From Patescibacteria group bacterium (GTDB lineage: Bacteria; Patescibacteriota; Minisyncoccia; UBA6257; JACRHW01): a stretch of DNA of 64,000 nt. Both the position numbers and the translations under genes were made by a program. Shown piece by piece: positions 20,324 to 31,600 of this stretch. Numbering within the stretch: the first letter of the stretch is position 1; each line of letters opens with the position of its first letter. The DNA lies in contig JAGWJP010000002.1 of the NCBI GenBank assembly GCA_028865725.1, forward strand, positions 40,050-104,049. The letters are read 5' to 3'. The notes beneath the pieces are model-generated. The model worked only from the letters and a program-made list of their open reading frames with translations, was not told where the DNA came from and did not search any database.

Positions 20324-20998
20324 TTACGATTGTGCCTGATATTTACTTCCTCGTCCTCCATTTCCGATACGTATTGCCCTGCCTTGCTCACAAAGTGTCC
20401 GCAAGTCATTTCGGATTGTTTTTTCATTGAATTCAGGAAAGTGTACAAGGATATCCATAAGACGCACAGATTCCTTTTTATGTAAAAGGGAGAGGATTGT
20501 TTCTTGTCGCATAGTTAACGATGCGTGTGTAGGAGTACTTGCGCTCCCCGATTTGTGTTCATGCGTTCCATGGTGTACTGCTGCACGTTCTTGAGAGGTA
20601 GTCGATTTCTCTTGCGTGGGGATATCTGCTCCAGAATAACTATTTTTAGGAAATACGGAACTTTCCGGAAATATAGCTAACGCATCTTGTCCCGTAAAAC
20701 GTTCTTGCTTGTAAATATATGTCTCACAGCGCCCCAAAAAAATTCCCAGCTCACGAGAAAGCACGTCATAATTTTCTTCAGCAATGAAATGCAACCCCGC
20801 TGCGTTTTTAAGCAACAACTCTACCATACCCACCTGTTCCCTCATCCTGCTCAGATCTTTCTTACAAAATGATTCCATAATCAACAACGCATATTCTTTT
20901 ACTTTCTCGCGATATTGTGTGTCGGAAATAGTGTGCGCTACCGCATACAAAACGCGACTGATCACACTAAATTGTTCAACGATAGGTTCCATGCGCAA
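20324..20998 (-). CDS. Protein with C-terminal DeoR-like winged HTH
   Basis: LTMRQETILSLL...FPEFNEKTIRNDLRTLCEQG...G.GRGSKY. Confidence 0.75.
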   Translation of the reverse strand: MRMEPIVEQFSVISRVLYAVAHTISDTQYREKVKEYALLIMESFCKKDLSRMREQVGMVELLLKNAAGLHFIAEENYDVLSRELGIFLGRCETYIYKQERFTGQDALAIFPESSVFPKNSYSGADIPTQEKSTTSQERAAVHHGTHEHKSGSASTPTHASLTMRQETILSLLHKKESVRLMDILVHFPEFNEKTIRNDLRTLCEQGRAIRIGNGGRGSKYQAQS

Positions 20999-20999
20999 G

Positions 21000-22985
21000 T
21001 TATTTAAGATAGCGCGCTGCGGTTGAAGAAGGATTAATAGTCAGCGCTTTTATAAGCTCGGGATTTGCGTGGGCAAGGTCGTGAAGTTCATAGTAAGTAA
21101 TACCCAGAAGACGGTGTCCCACCTCCATATCAGGGCGAAGAGCAACAATCTGCGATGCAAACGTACGCGCATCATTATAATCCTGTTCCATAAGCAGTGT
21201 GGATGTGAGCGCATCAAGCGTTTCGATACGATTAGGACTCTTAGCGTTCGCTTCACGTAAAACTATTTCTGCTTTCTTTATGTAAGCTTCGGAACTCAAT
21301 TTAGTTCCTAAAAGCTGATATGTTTTTCCCAGGACATAATCAAGAAGCAAATACTGAGGATCTTGTTTTCTTGCAACATCAATCATGGCTAACCCCTTGT
21401 CCAGGGCCGGAATATTCTGTTCAATTTCCTTACTATCAAAAGAAGCAACCCAGGAATACAAGTATACGCTCAATTCCTTCTCTACCTCACGGTGTCCTAG
21501 GTAGGATGGCTCCTGTGCCATAGACTCGAAACGACTTACTCCCTCTGCAAGCGAACTTTGTCGAACAAAAAAATATGATGCCGCGAGTTCTTGATTTTTG
21601 TGGTAGGCGGCAGAATTTTCATATAACGCCCAGATACTCATCACGGCGAGCACGGTTACTACCACAAAAAAAACAAAACTCGCGTTAAACTGATATTTGG
21701 GTAGAGATTGCGGTGTATTCTTCTTTGTACTCTGTTCCTCTCCTCCCACCGCAGCATGTCGTGCAAGAACCAAAAAAACAAAAAAAGAAAGGTAGGAAGA
21801 GAACGTATCAAACAGTACTAAGTTTTGTACGAGATAGGCAACGGGCAGCGCAATGTAAATACCGGATACCATTGCGGAATTCCTTTTAAGGATACGAGAA
21901 ACATACCATCGATATAATGCAAAGAAAATAAAACAATAGGCTAAAAATCCTAAAATTCCTGATGTTGCGAGAAGATCAAACACAATACTGTGTGCGTGAT
22001 CAAACCATATCTCAATTCCTGAGTGGATAGGATCGTAATGCTTATCAAAAATTACGGAAAAATTTTCAGGACCATACCCGATTAAGGGTCTCTCTAAAAA
22101 TCCTTTCCATGCCGCTTTCCATGTTGCTACGCGAAGAGTGAAGGTGGAAAGATTATCAAGCCCTGAAAATGGAGTACTCTTCCCCCTTAATACAACAAGT
22201 CCCGTCAAAACAGTCCCAAGCAATACTACAAGCAATCCGATGCCCAGCATGCGTTCCCGACGTTCTGTCCCTTTCCACAGCAAAAAGCCTCCATACACAA
22301 ACAGTCCCGCGAAAAGCCCGATATATGCACCACGTGTCTGTGTAAGCACAAACGCGATAAGATCTACTACCGCCACACATCCCAGTAAATAGTTTTCTGC
22401 ATAAGGAAGGGCGTCTTTGGATCGTCGCCCATGAGCACTATTACGAAGCATCAGCAACCCGATAAATGCAAACACAAAAATAAGAAACCCCGCGAGATAG
22501 GAGGGATTGCCAAATACCCCGCTTACCCGTTCAAAGGTATGTGTACCAAAGTTTATTGCACTGGAAATACGATAAAACGCTGCAAAAGGTGATGCATAAA
22601 TCAATACCCGCACCACATTCATGCAATCATCTATCGTGGCAACATCAAGTAAGAGAAGGAAAAATGCAAAATAATGCAGCAAAGAAAACAACCCCTCGCT
22701 CCGTTCAAAATTGGACCACATGCTGAACGCAGGGTTTACTCCCCACACCGCAGCAAGTGTCAGGGCACCCACAAATATACTTACCGCAGCAACAATAGGC
22801 TCGGTGAAACGAAATCGCACTACACGATGTTGCGCAACATCAATAAGCCACGCTAATAACGCAATCTCGACAAAAAACCTAAACCAGAACACCTTGCTTA
22901 CGATAAATGGAAAATAAAACTGAGGTGAGAAAAAAAACAAAGATAATACCGACAACAAAAGAAATACTTTAACAACAATACGCAT
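21000..22985 (-). CDS. O-antigen ligase-like (Wzy_C) membrane protein with C-terminal TPRs
   Basis: Multiple TMs, FGNPSYLA, TQTRGA, PLIGYGPENF, DHAHS; TPR-like tail. Confidence 0.85.
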   Translation of the reverse strand: MRIVVKVFLLLSVLSLFFFSPQFYFPFIVSKVFWFRFFVEIALLAWLIDVAQHRVVRFRFTEPIVAAVSIFVGALTLAAVWGVNPAFSMWSNFERSEGLFSLLHYFAFFLLLLDVATIDDCMNVVRVLIYASPFAAFYRISSAINFGTHTFERVSGVFGNPSYLAGFLIFVFAFIGLLMLRNSAHGRRSKDALPYAENYLLGCVAVVDLIAFVLTQTRGAYIGLFAGLFVYGGFLLWKGTERRERMLGIGLLVVLLGTVLTGLVVLRGKSTPFSGLDNLSTFTLRVATWKAAWKGFLERPLIGYGPENFSVIFDKHYDPIHSGIEIWFDHAHSIVFDLLATSGILGFLAYCFIFFALYRWYVSRILKRNSAMVSGIYIALPVAYLVQNLVLFDTFSSYLSFFVFLVLARHAAVGGEEQSTKKNTPQSLPKYQFNASFVFFVVVTVLAVMSIWALYENSAAYHKNQELAASYFFVRQSSLAEGVSRFESMAQEPSYLGHREVEKELSVYLYSWVASFDSKEIEQNIPALDKGLAMIDVARKQDPQYLLLDYVLGKTYQLLGTKLSSEAYIKKAEIVLREANAKSPNRIETLDALTSTLLMEQDYNDARTFASQIVALRPDMEVGHRLLGITYYELHDLAHANPELIKALTINPSSTAARYLK

Positions 22986-22998
22986 AAATAGATTCAAA

Positions 22999-23718
22999 TT
23001 AAAACGGTTTTTGTGTTGCAATTATTACAATAACAAGCATACACAAAAAAGTAAATAATATGATAGGAGAGTATCCGACCAATGTCTTTTTCCGAAGATA
23101 ATAACGGCCCCCGTGTACAAGGCAATAGACAAAAAGGGAAAGAAAAAGCGGTGAAAAAAGATAACCGAGAGGCAACAATGCGGTGACCCATACCATTTCC
23201 ATACATAAAAGCACCTCAAGCATCAGTACGCCTGTTTCGTGCGGATGCACCTCCTCTCCCCTGCGACGTAAGGCATAGTTATACCCGCGCAACACTCCCC
23301 ACAGCGCTGCTGCGAATACGATACTTTTTATGGTATCAAAGGGCACATTAAAAAAGAACCAATAAATCCACATGTTAAGTGGGAAAAACCAAGCCCATGC
23401 ACAGAATTTCTTTTGTTGTGCACACACACCCACGACAATGAGAAGAAGGGCGGCACTACAAGCAATTTCGGCCCCCGCAACCATATAAAATGAGTGAAGG
23501 GGCGCTGATAAAAGATATAATGGCGCAATGAAAAATGCGGAAAACGGAAAGTTTCCGGAATCCCGCATAAGAATGTTCAGCCACCACAAAAGCACTATTG
23601 CATTACCTACTTGAAAGATTGGATCCGCACTCAATCCAAGCCACAACAAAAAAGCCGTACCGCAATATGCAAGAAATAACACACCGTATTGCCTAAAGAT
23701 GGATTGTAATTTCATCAC
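22999..23718 (-). CDS. Hypothetical multi-pass membrane protein
   Basis: 239-aa hydrophobic ORF co-oriented with its neighbours. Confidence 0.65.
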   Translation of the reverse strand: MMKLQSIFRQYGVLFLAYCGTAFLLWLGLSADPIFQVGNAIVLLWWLNILMRDSGNFPFSAFFIAPLYLLSAPLHSFYMVAGAEIACSAALLLIVVGVCAQQKKFCAWAWFFPLNMWIYWFFFNVPFDTIKSIVFAAALWGVLRGYNYALRRRGEEVHPHETGVLMLEVLLCMEMVWVTALLPLGYLFSPLFLSLFVYCLVHGGRYYLRKKTLVGYSPIILFTFLCMLVIVIIATQKPF

Positions 23719-23755
23719 ATCCTACACCTCTAAAAATAAGACTTGCGCGTGCTCT

Positions 23756-26371
23756 TTACTTACTAAGCACGAGTTCTTTCCCTTTTGTAGATACGCTGAC
23801 CCGCCCCTCCTTCAGCTCACCAAGCACTAATTTTTGTGCAACTGCGTCCACAATGAGTTTTTGTATTAATCGCTTTAGCGGACGTGCCCCAAAATCATGG
23901 TCATATCCATGTTCAACAAGATACTGCTTGGCTTTATCATCAACCTTCAACACAATATTCCGCGCCGCTAGTCGTTCCTTCACATAAGTAAGCTGTACAT
24001 CAATGATCTTAATGAGATCTTCCTTGCGGAGCGAATTAAACATCACAATTTCATCAATACGGTTCAGAAACTCTGGCCTAAAATATCCCTTCAACGCTTC
24101 CTGCATTTTTATTTTTACGTTATCTTCCTGTGCAACCGCCCCCTCCCCCATCACAAATCCAAAATTTCCTTCTTGTACGAATTCGCCTCCGATATTCGAT
24201 GTCATGATGATAATAGTGTTCTTAAAATTCACAGTACGCCCCTTCGAGTCAGTCAACCGTCCATTATCAAGCACCTGCAATAAAATATGGAATACTTCGG
24301 GATGCGCTTTTTCGATTTCGTCAAAAAGAATCAATGAATACGGTCTGTGTTTCACAATCTCAGTAAGTTGACCTGCTTCGTCATACCCCACATATCCCGG
24401 AGGCGAACCAATCAATTTAGCGATAGAATGCTGTTCCATGTACTCTGACATATCAAGACGCACGATCGCGTCCTCATCATTAAACATAAAATCTGCGAGC
24501 GCCTTAGCAAGCTCTGTCTTCCCTACTCCGGTTGGCCCCAAAAACAGGAAAGAACCAATGGGCCTCTTTTCGTCCGCAAGCCCCAACCTGCTTCGTTTGA
24601 TTGCCCGTGACACAGCCTCTATTGCCTCATCTTGTCCGATCACCCGCTGCTTCAATACCTGTTCCATCGTCCTTAATTTTTCTGCTTCACCTTCCAAAAT
24701 CTTATCAACAGGAATTCCTGTCCAGCGCGAAACAATCTTTGCAATTTCTTCATCAGTTACTTTTTCTTTTACAAATTGAAATCCTTTCTTGGCCCGCAGA
24801 ATCTTTCTCTCTAACGTTTTCAGCGATTTCTCTGTCTGCGGTATTTTTCCGTATACAATCTCTGCAACCTTTTCTAAATTACCTTCCCGTTCATAACGAT
24901 CGGCATCCTGCCGAAGCTCATCTAGTGTTTTCTGAAGCGCCTGTGCTTTCTCAATCATCCCTTTTTCATCTTTCCATTGCTGCATCAGAGAATCTTTTCC
25001 ACCTCGAAGCTCTTTGAGTTCGCTCTGAATTTCAGAAAGCCTTTTCTTGCTTGCCACAGAAGATTCCTTCTTTAACGCCTCGCGCTCGATCTCAAGACGC
25101 GTAATAGTACGCGTACGCTGCTCTAATTCAGCAGGCATCGAACCCATTTCTAATTTTACGCTCGATGACGCCTCGTCAATAAGATCCACTGCTTTGTCAG
25201 GAAGAAAACGATTGGCGATATAGCGACTGCTGAGCGTTACCGCTGCCACGATAGCACTATCTGCGATTTTGACTCCATGATGCATCTCATACTTCACTTT
25301 TAATCCGCGCAAAATAGCAATACTATCCTCCACGCTCGGTTCTTCTACAAGAATAGGCTGAAATCTACGTTCGAGTGCTGCATCTTTTTCGATGTATCGC
25401 TGATATTCCTTAAATGTCGTCGCTCCAATTGCGCGTAATTCACCCCGCGCAAGAGGAGATTTTAACAAATTTGCCGCATCGAGTGCCCCCTCCGCAGCAC
25501 CAGCCCCCACAATCATGTGAATTTCATCGATAAACAAAATATATTTACCTTGATTTTTTTGCAATTCCTTCATGAACGCTTTCAATCGATCCTCAAATTC
25601 ACCTCGAAATTTCGTACCGGCAATCAGCGCCCCAAGATCTAAGGAAATAACCTCCTTGCCTTGCAACATTTCAGGAACATCTTTGGTTACGATGCGCTGT
25701 GCGAGCCCTTCAATAATGGCGGTCTTTCCCACTCCAGGTTCACCAATCAAGATAGGATTGTTTTTTGTTCTGCGCGATAAGATCTGGACCAATCTGCGCA
25801 ATTCATTTTCCCGTCCGATAATGGGATCAAGCTTTCCTTCTCGTGCAAGCTCGGTCAAGTTTACTGCATACTTTTCTAATGTTTTAAACTTCGTTTCTGG
25901 CGTTTCATCATTAACTTGCGCTCCACCGCGAACATCCTGAAGCACTTTTACAAATTCGCCGTAATTCACCCCAAAATTTTTCAAAATTTCTCTGCCCCGA
26001 GATGAAACCTCAAGAACACCCAATAACAAATGCTCACATGAGATAAATTCATCTTTCATTTTTACCGCTTCTCGTGATGCACTTTCTAAAATCTGCATCA
26101 TCTCCTGAGAGATGTAGAGTTGCGCTTTCTGCGCTCCATTAACGACGCGGGGAATGCGTCCAAGTTCTGTTTCAACGGTTGCCTGTAATGAGCTGATATT
26201 AGTGCCTAGTTTGACAAGGCTCGCCAACACAAACGACTCCTCTTGGTTAAGAAGGGCGTATAATAAATGCAATGATTTTAATTCCGCATTATTACGCTCA
26301 AGTGCGATATCTTGAGCGGTTTGTATAGCTTCCTGTGCTTTTATTGTAAAACGATTAAATGGGCTGAACAT
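23756..26371 (-). CDS. clpB: ATP-dependent chaperone ClpB
   Basis: Clp N domain, two AAA+ modules (GEPGVGKT, GPTGVGKT), long middle coiled coil, GARPL. Confidence 0.95.
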   Translation of the reverse strand: MFSPFNRFTIKAQEAIQTAQDIALERNNAELKSLHLLYALLNQEESFVLASLVKLGTNISSLQATVETELGRIPRVVNGAQKAQLYISQEMMQILESASREAVKMKDEFISCEHLLLGVLEVSSRGREILKNFGVNYGEFVKVLQDVRGGAQVNDETPETKFKTLEKYAVNLTELAREGKLDPIIGRENELRRLVQILSRRTKNNPILIGEPGVGKTAIIEGLAQRIVTKDVPEMLQGKEVISLDLGALIAGTKFRGEFEDRLKAFMKELQKNQGKYILFIDEIHMIVGAGAAEGALDAANLLKSPLARGELRAIGATTFKEYQRYIEKDAALERRFQPILVEEPSVEDSIAILRGLKVKYEMHHGVKIADSAIVAAVTLSSRYIANRFLPDKAVDLIDEASSSVKLEMGSMPAELEQRTRTITRLEIEREALKKESSVASKKRLSEIQSELKELRGGKDSLMQQWKDEKGMIEKAQALQKTLDELRQDADRYEREGNLEKVAEIVYGKIPQTEKSLKTLERKILRAKKGFQFVKEKVTDEEIAKIVSRWTGIPVDKILEGEAEKLRTMEQVLKQRVIGQDEAIEAVSRAIKRSRLGLADEKRPIGSFLFLGPTGVGKTELAKALADFMFNDEDAIVRLDMSEYMEQHSIAKLIGSPPGYVGYDEAGQLTEIVKHRPYSLILFDEIEKAHPEVFHILLQVLDNGRLTDSKGRTVNFKNTIIIMTSNIGGEFVQEGNFGFVMGEGAVAQEDNVKIKMQEALKGYFRPEFLNRIDEIVMFNSLRKEDLIKIIDVQLTYVKERLAARNIVLKVDDKAKQYLVEHGYDHDFGARPLKRLIQKLIVDAVAQKLVLGELKEGRVSVSTKGKELVLSK

Positions 26372-26427
26372 AAATATCTATTGGCTGGATTAATAATGAA
26401 ATCTGAGCATACGCACCCGTACATACC

Positions 26428-27705
26428 TTAAAGATTGTGAGGTCTTTCCACAAGAAGCATACTGACATCTTCCTCGTCCTTACCCCGCAGCACCTTAAGA
26501 GTAATAACATCCCCTACCTTATACTGACTTATGATATCGGTCAAGCTTTTTTCTTGGGATATCAGAGCTCCGTTTACAGAAAGAATAATGTCCCCCTCTT
26601 TAATACCAGCCTTGTCTGCAGGAGAACCTTTTATTACCGCCGGAATATTATTATCTCCTCGTACGAGAGCGCCCTCATCCACAGACAAATGTTCGGTATC
26701 CTTCAATGACTTGGTGATTAATACATAACGCACACCTATGTAGGGGGTGGAAATCTTACCCGTAGTCGCCACATCTTCTATGGCACGCTTTACGTTATTG
26801 ATAGGAATAGCAAACCCAATACTCTGCGCCCCTTGCGCCAATGCAGCATTCACGCCTATTACTTCTCCCTTTAAATTCAGAAGCGGGCCACCGGAGTTTC
26901 CTTCATTAATGGCAGCATCAGTTTGTATCAATCCCTGAAGAGTCTCCTCTGTATTTGCGCCTTGTGCTGTTACCGTTCTGGCTAATCCGGAAATTATACC
27001 TTCTGAAGCGGTATTCCGGAATTCCGCTAACGCATTTCCTATTGCAATCACGGTCTGCCCAATCATTGCCGTATCCGAGTCCCCTAAAACAAGCGAGGCG
27101 AGCCCTTTTGCAGGAATTTTTACTACTGCCATATCTTGAAATGGATCCCGCGCAAGTACGGTTGCATCAAATTTTTGTCCATCATTGAGATACACGGTAT
27201 ACGATGCAGTTGGGTCACTTACCACATGTTTATTTGTCACAATAAGGCCGTTAGGTGATACAATAAACCCAGACCCTTCACCTACCTCCTTTAATTGGGT
27301 GCCATTTTGGCGAACATTGGGTATTGCAATCTGTCCGCCAAAAAAATTATTGACCGTAGCATTTCCTTGCCAAGGATTCGTATAATACTCTTCATATACA
27401 GGCTCATTCTTTGATACTACAATACTCACTACTCCCGGCATGGCCTGATGAATCACATTTATCACCCGTTCCTCGTGAAGATCCGCTTCGTTACTGACGG
27501 AGGACGACATTAGAGTACTGGGGTACGACACGTGAGATATCAAAGACGGGATGAACCTGGGAGTAAGTATTGTAAGAAGTCCGGGCATGTGATACGGGAT
27601 TGCACCTTCTGCACGCTGCGGATAGAGCCACAACCCCACACACAAAAGACCACTAATAATCGATGTTAGGATAAGAGCGGGGAAAAAAATATGTTTATGT
27701 GTCAT
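26428..27705 (-). CDS. HtrA/DegP-family serine protease with PDZ domain
   Basis: GSGFI, TNKHV, QTDAAINEGNSGGPL, C-terminal PDZ. Confidence 0.92.
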   Translation of the reverse strand: MTHKHIFFPALILTSIISGLLCVGLWLYPQRAEGAIPYHMPGLLTILTPRFIPSLISHVSYPSTLMSSSVSNEADLHEERVINVIHQAMPGVVSIVVSKNEPVYEEYYTNPWQGNATVNNFFGGQIAIPNVRQNGTQLKEVGEGSGFIVSPNGLIVTNKHVVSDPTASYTVYLNDGQKFDATVLARDPFQDMAVVKIPAKGLASLVLGDSDTAMIGQTVIAIGNALAEFRNTASEGIISGLARTVTAQGANTEETLQGLIQTDAAINEGNSGGPLLNLKGEVIGVNAALAQGAQSIGFAIPINNVKRAIEDVATTGKISTPYIGVRYVLITKSLKDTEHLSVDEGALVRGDNNIPAVIKGSPADKAGIKEGDIILSVNGALISQEKSLTDIISQYKVGDVITLKVLRGKDEEDVSMLLVERPHNL

Positions 27706-27860
27706 ATCATTCTTTGTACACGTTAATACTTCCTTTATAGTATACCAAAAATAGATCTTTCAAATCTAATTCGTCCGTCACGCACCTACCGAAGAGTAAT
27801 TAAAGCCACTTCTCGGTTTTGCTTTTTATTACTTTCTTTGTTACATTAAAAAAGAAAAAT

Positions 27861-27933
27861 GGGCCCTTAGCTTAGTTGGTAGAGCGCGTCATTTGCAATG
27901 ACGAGGTCAGGAGTTCGAATCTCCTAGGGTCCA
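27861..27933 (+). tRNA. tRNA-Ala(TGC)
   Basis: GGGCCCT/AGGGTCC acceptor stem with G3:U70, anticodon arm CGTCA-TTTGCAA-TGACG, T-loop GTTCGAAT. Confidence 0.95.
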
Positions 27934-28082
27934 CTCGAGATTTGTGAACCAAATCGCGGAGGAATTGAAAGTTTTGAGAAGTATGATGGAGTCATGACAT
28001 ATTGGACAGGTGGCGACCTGAATGTTATGTTTTGTTTAGAACATTAGATAAATTAATAACGAATGGGGAGGTCCTGTTTCTG

Positions 28083-28568
28083 ATGGAGCAGTATTGGATG
28101 CCAAAGAGATTAGACGTTAAGAATTTACAATTATGTTTAGGTGCATATATCCCAACACATATTTTAATTAGATTGGTAGGTTCTGCTGGCGGAACTGTGA
28201 AAGTTGATCAAGACCTAAGGGGAAAGACTTTACGTTTTAGAAAAGATAAAACAGGCCTCTACCTATTTATTGACGCACAAGAAGTATTTCATTTTCCTCT
28301 CAAGGATTACCAAAAGGGTTTTTCTCTTGGATACGAAAGGATTGAGCCCACAGAAGATGGTGTTGGAAGAATGATCGTGTTAAGTCGCGAGGTTGATCCA
28401 TATGCTCCAAACCTTCCAGAACCAAGATGGTCATTTTTGAGGATTGTACTGGACAATCATCTTATGGAGATCTTTTTTGAAGGCAGGGTTAATCTAAAAT
28501 TTCATTCGTGGTGGGTTAAACCACGTTGGAAATACTGGGTTATTGATGGGCCTGATAGGAAATCTTAA
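28083..28568 (+). CDS. Hypothetical protein (island cargo)
   Basis: MEQYWMPKRL... ORF directly after the tRNA-Ala element, followed by a hairpin and T tract. Confidence 0.65.
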   Translation: MEQYWMPKRLDVKNLQLCLGAYIPTHILIRLVGSAGGTVKVDQDLRGKTLRFRKDKTGLYLFIDAQEVFHFPLKDYQKGFSLGYERIEPTEDGVGRMIVLSREVDPYAPNLPEPRWSFLRIVLDNHLMEIFFEGRVNLKFHSWWVKPRWKYWVIDGPDRKS

Positions 28569-28617
28569 TTTTCGCACCACGCATTAAAGGGTGCTTTTTT
28601 ATTTTTTTACAATCAAA

Positions 28618-31600
28618 TTACTGCTGTGATTCCTTAAGAATCTTATTCAATTGATTGCGCGTGAGAGGTCCTACCACTCCTACCTGCGGGATATTGTATT
28701 TTTTCTGAAAAGCTTGGACTCCCACCTGCGTGAGAGATCCAAAATATCCCGTAACCGGACCATGATATACCCCGATTATTTTTAGAAATAATTGCAAGCC
28801 TATCAATTCACTTCCCAATGAACCAATCTCCATATGACTACGGAAAACGGGAATGTACTGAAGAAGTGAAGATGTTGATGTTTCTGTCGGAACGGGTGCA
28901 GAAACGGTTGGTGTGGATGTCGAAGGAAAGAAGGAAGGCGCTTCTTCTTCGTAAAGATAGGGTTCCACAACGGCTTTCTGATAGGTAATGCGGTGTGAAA
29001 TAATACGTGAAGGAATATTGAGGCTTGAATAATATTGAACATATACATTATATGTTCCTTCTTTGTCAGGAAGAACGATAGTGCCAAACGGGCCATAGGG
29101 AAGGCGCGGTACATCAGTAAACTGTGGATCAAGCGATACTGCATACCACGAAACAAAATTCGGATCTGCGTTCAATGTAAGCGCAAGCACTCGCTCCGAA
29201 GTACTTGTAGCGCCATCATCAATCGCAAAATCAAGCGGAAGACGCACTCCTCCGCTCACCACTACTCCCTCCGGAGTAGCATAGGCTGCACCGCCTTTTG
29301 CGGATCCAAACAGTGCAAAAGTAGAAAATGAGGATGCGGTACAAGTTACTGTTCGTGCTGTCGTGTCGACCGCGCAGGAAGATAGCGGCGTCCACGCTCC
29401 CTCTGTATAGTGATAGATCGCGAGCGTATTTTCATTGACATTGAGAATATCACTTAACGAATATCCTAGTGTCACGGAAACGTTATGAGCAAATGAAGAG
29501 AGCTCGGTTTGCGAATCGGATAATGCCTTCAGATCATATGCATATGTTCCTATCGGCACCATATCTGTGGGAGTTGAAAGCGCGCTGAGTACCGTGGATT
29601 TCAAAAGCGCCTTGATTTGAAAATAATTGGACGTTCCCGCATAGCCTGATGGAACCGCGAGAGTAATGGTGGTTCCGCCGTGAGTGAGGCTTAATATGCC
29701 TCCTCCTGCGGTAATGGTTCCTAAGGATTGATTTTGTACCGATGCACCCCCCGCACACCCGGTGGTTGTAAATGTTCCATCTGTCCCCGTAGTGGTATTT
29801 CCCATCAAATCAGTCGAAACTACCTTATAGTGATAGGTGGTACACGCTACAAGATTTGAAATAGTTGCCGTATGAGACACGACACGCGGTGAAAGATCGA
29901 TTTCCGTCGTCGCCGCGCTGTAGGATGTGTCGGGACTGTAGGACACTTTGGTTGAAGAAAGCGAATCAGTCATCCACCCGATCGACACCGATGTCTGCGA
30001 CGGGGTTGCGTTCACCAATGAAATAACCGGCGCGGACGTCACAATCGAATATCCGCTTTGCGTCGCAGTTGCAGTATTTCCCGCATCATCAATCGCATTC
30101 ACAATAAGATCTCCGTCGGAATTGATACGAATCGTGCAGTCGACTGTCTTGCTATCCGTTTGCGTACAAACAAAATTACTCGTATCGACAGTAGACTGCG
30201 CATCAATAGATACCTGTGATGCACGCACGTCGTTATTGTCTGTCACATGAATCGTCGTATCGGTAATCGGAGCACCCGAAACTAATGTAGGCGCAGTAAT
30301 GATTACTACCGGTAGAATCGTATCAATCACGTATCCGCCTTCCACATCTTCGGTCATTGCCTTTGGACCGTTTACGGCATCAATTACTAAATTTCCGCTT
30401 GACGTGATGCGAATCGTGCAGTCGACGGTAGAGGTATCGGTCTGCGTACAAGAAAAATTGCTCGTGCCGGCAGTAGAAGAAGCGCTTACGGTTACGTTAG
30501 ACGCGGCCACTGAAACATCATCAGTAACACGAATCGTCGTATCGGTAATTGTAGAACTTGAAATCTTCGTTGGAGGAGTAATGTGAATTGAAGGACCGGG
30601 ATGCATAAGTATATAACCGCTTTGTGTCTGTGTCGCTGTATTATGCGCTGCATCAGTCGCATCAACAATAACATTTCCTGACGTATCTATTTCAATAGTG
30701 CAATCGACTGTCTTGCTGTCGGTCTGCACACAAACATAATGGTGTGTGAAAGCAGTACTCGATGCATCGACCAGTACATTTGCCGCAAAAATAGCATTGT
30801 CGTCCGTGACATGAATCGTGGTATCCGTAATATCATCGTTGGAATTTAATGTAGGCGCAGTAATCATAACCACAGGCGGCGTGGTATCAATCACGTATCC
30901 GCTTTGTATTTGGGTAAAACTGTTTCCTGCGTCATCCATTGCCTTCACTATCACATTTCCGCTTGACGTGATGCGAATCGTGCAGTCGACGGTGTAGAGG
31001 TATCGGTCTGCGTGCAAGAAAAATTGCTCGTGCCGGCGGTTGTGGAAGGATCCACAATGACGCTTGCCGCGCTTATTGCGTAATTATCCGTCACGTGAAT
31101 CGTCGTATCGGTGATAGCAGAACTTGAAGCTGTGGTCGGTGCTATGATTGCTATGCTTGGCGGCGCAGTCTCGATCACATAATGATCCTGATTTTCTTGC
31201 GCACTGTTTGAAACGCTATCCGTCGCCTTGATTACTAAATTTCCGCTTGACGTGATGCGAATCGTGCAGTCGACGGTAGAGGTATCGGTCTGCGTGCAAG
31301 AAAAATTGCTCGTGCCGGCGGTTGTGGAAGGATCCACAATGACGCTTGCTGCGCTTATTGCGTAATTATCCGTCACGTGAATCGTCGTATCGGTGATAGC
31401 AGTATTAGAGACCTTCGTACTCGGCGTAATAGTAATTATCGGAGGAACTCCTTCAATTACGTAATCATTTTCTGACTGGCTTGAAGTATTTCCAAGCAAG
31501 TCTGATGCCTTAATCGTCACATTTCCGCTTGAAAGCACATCGATTGAGCAATCAACGGTTTTGCTGTTGGTTTGGCTGCAGAGAAAACTCCCTACACTTG

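Noticed and set aside
27961-27971. ATTGAAAG resembling a CRISPR repeat terminus (also at 58102-58109)
   Set aside because: Only two isolated copies 30 kb apart, with no repeat-spacer periodicity and no cas genes; better explained as the antisense T-arm of the tRNA-associated element.
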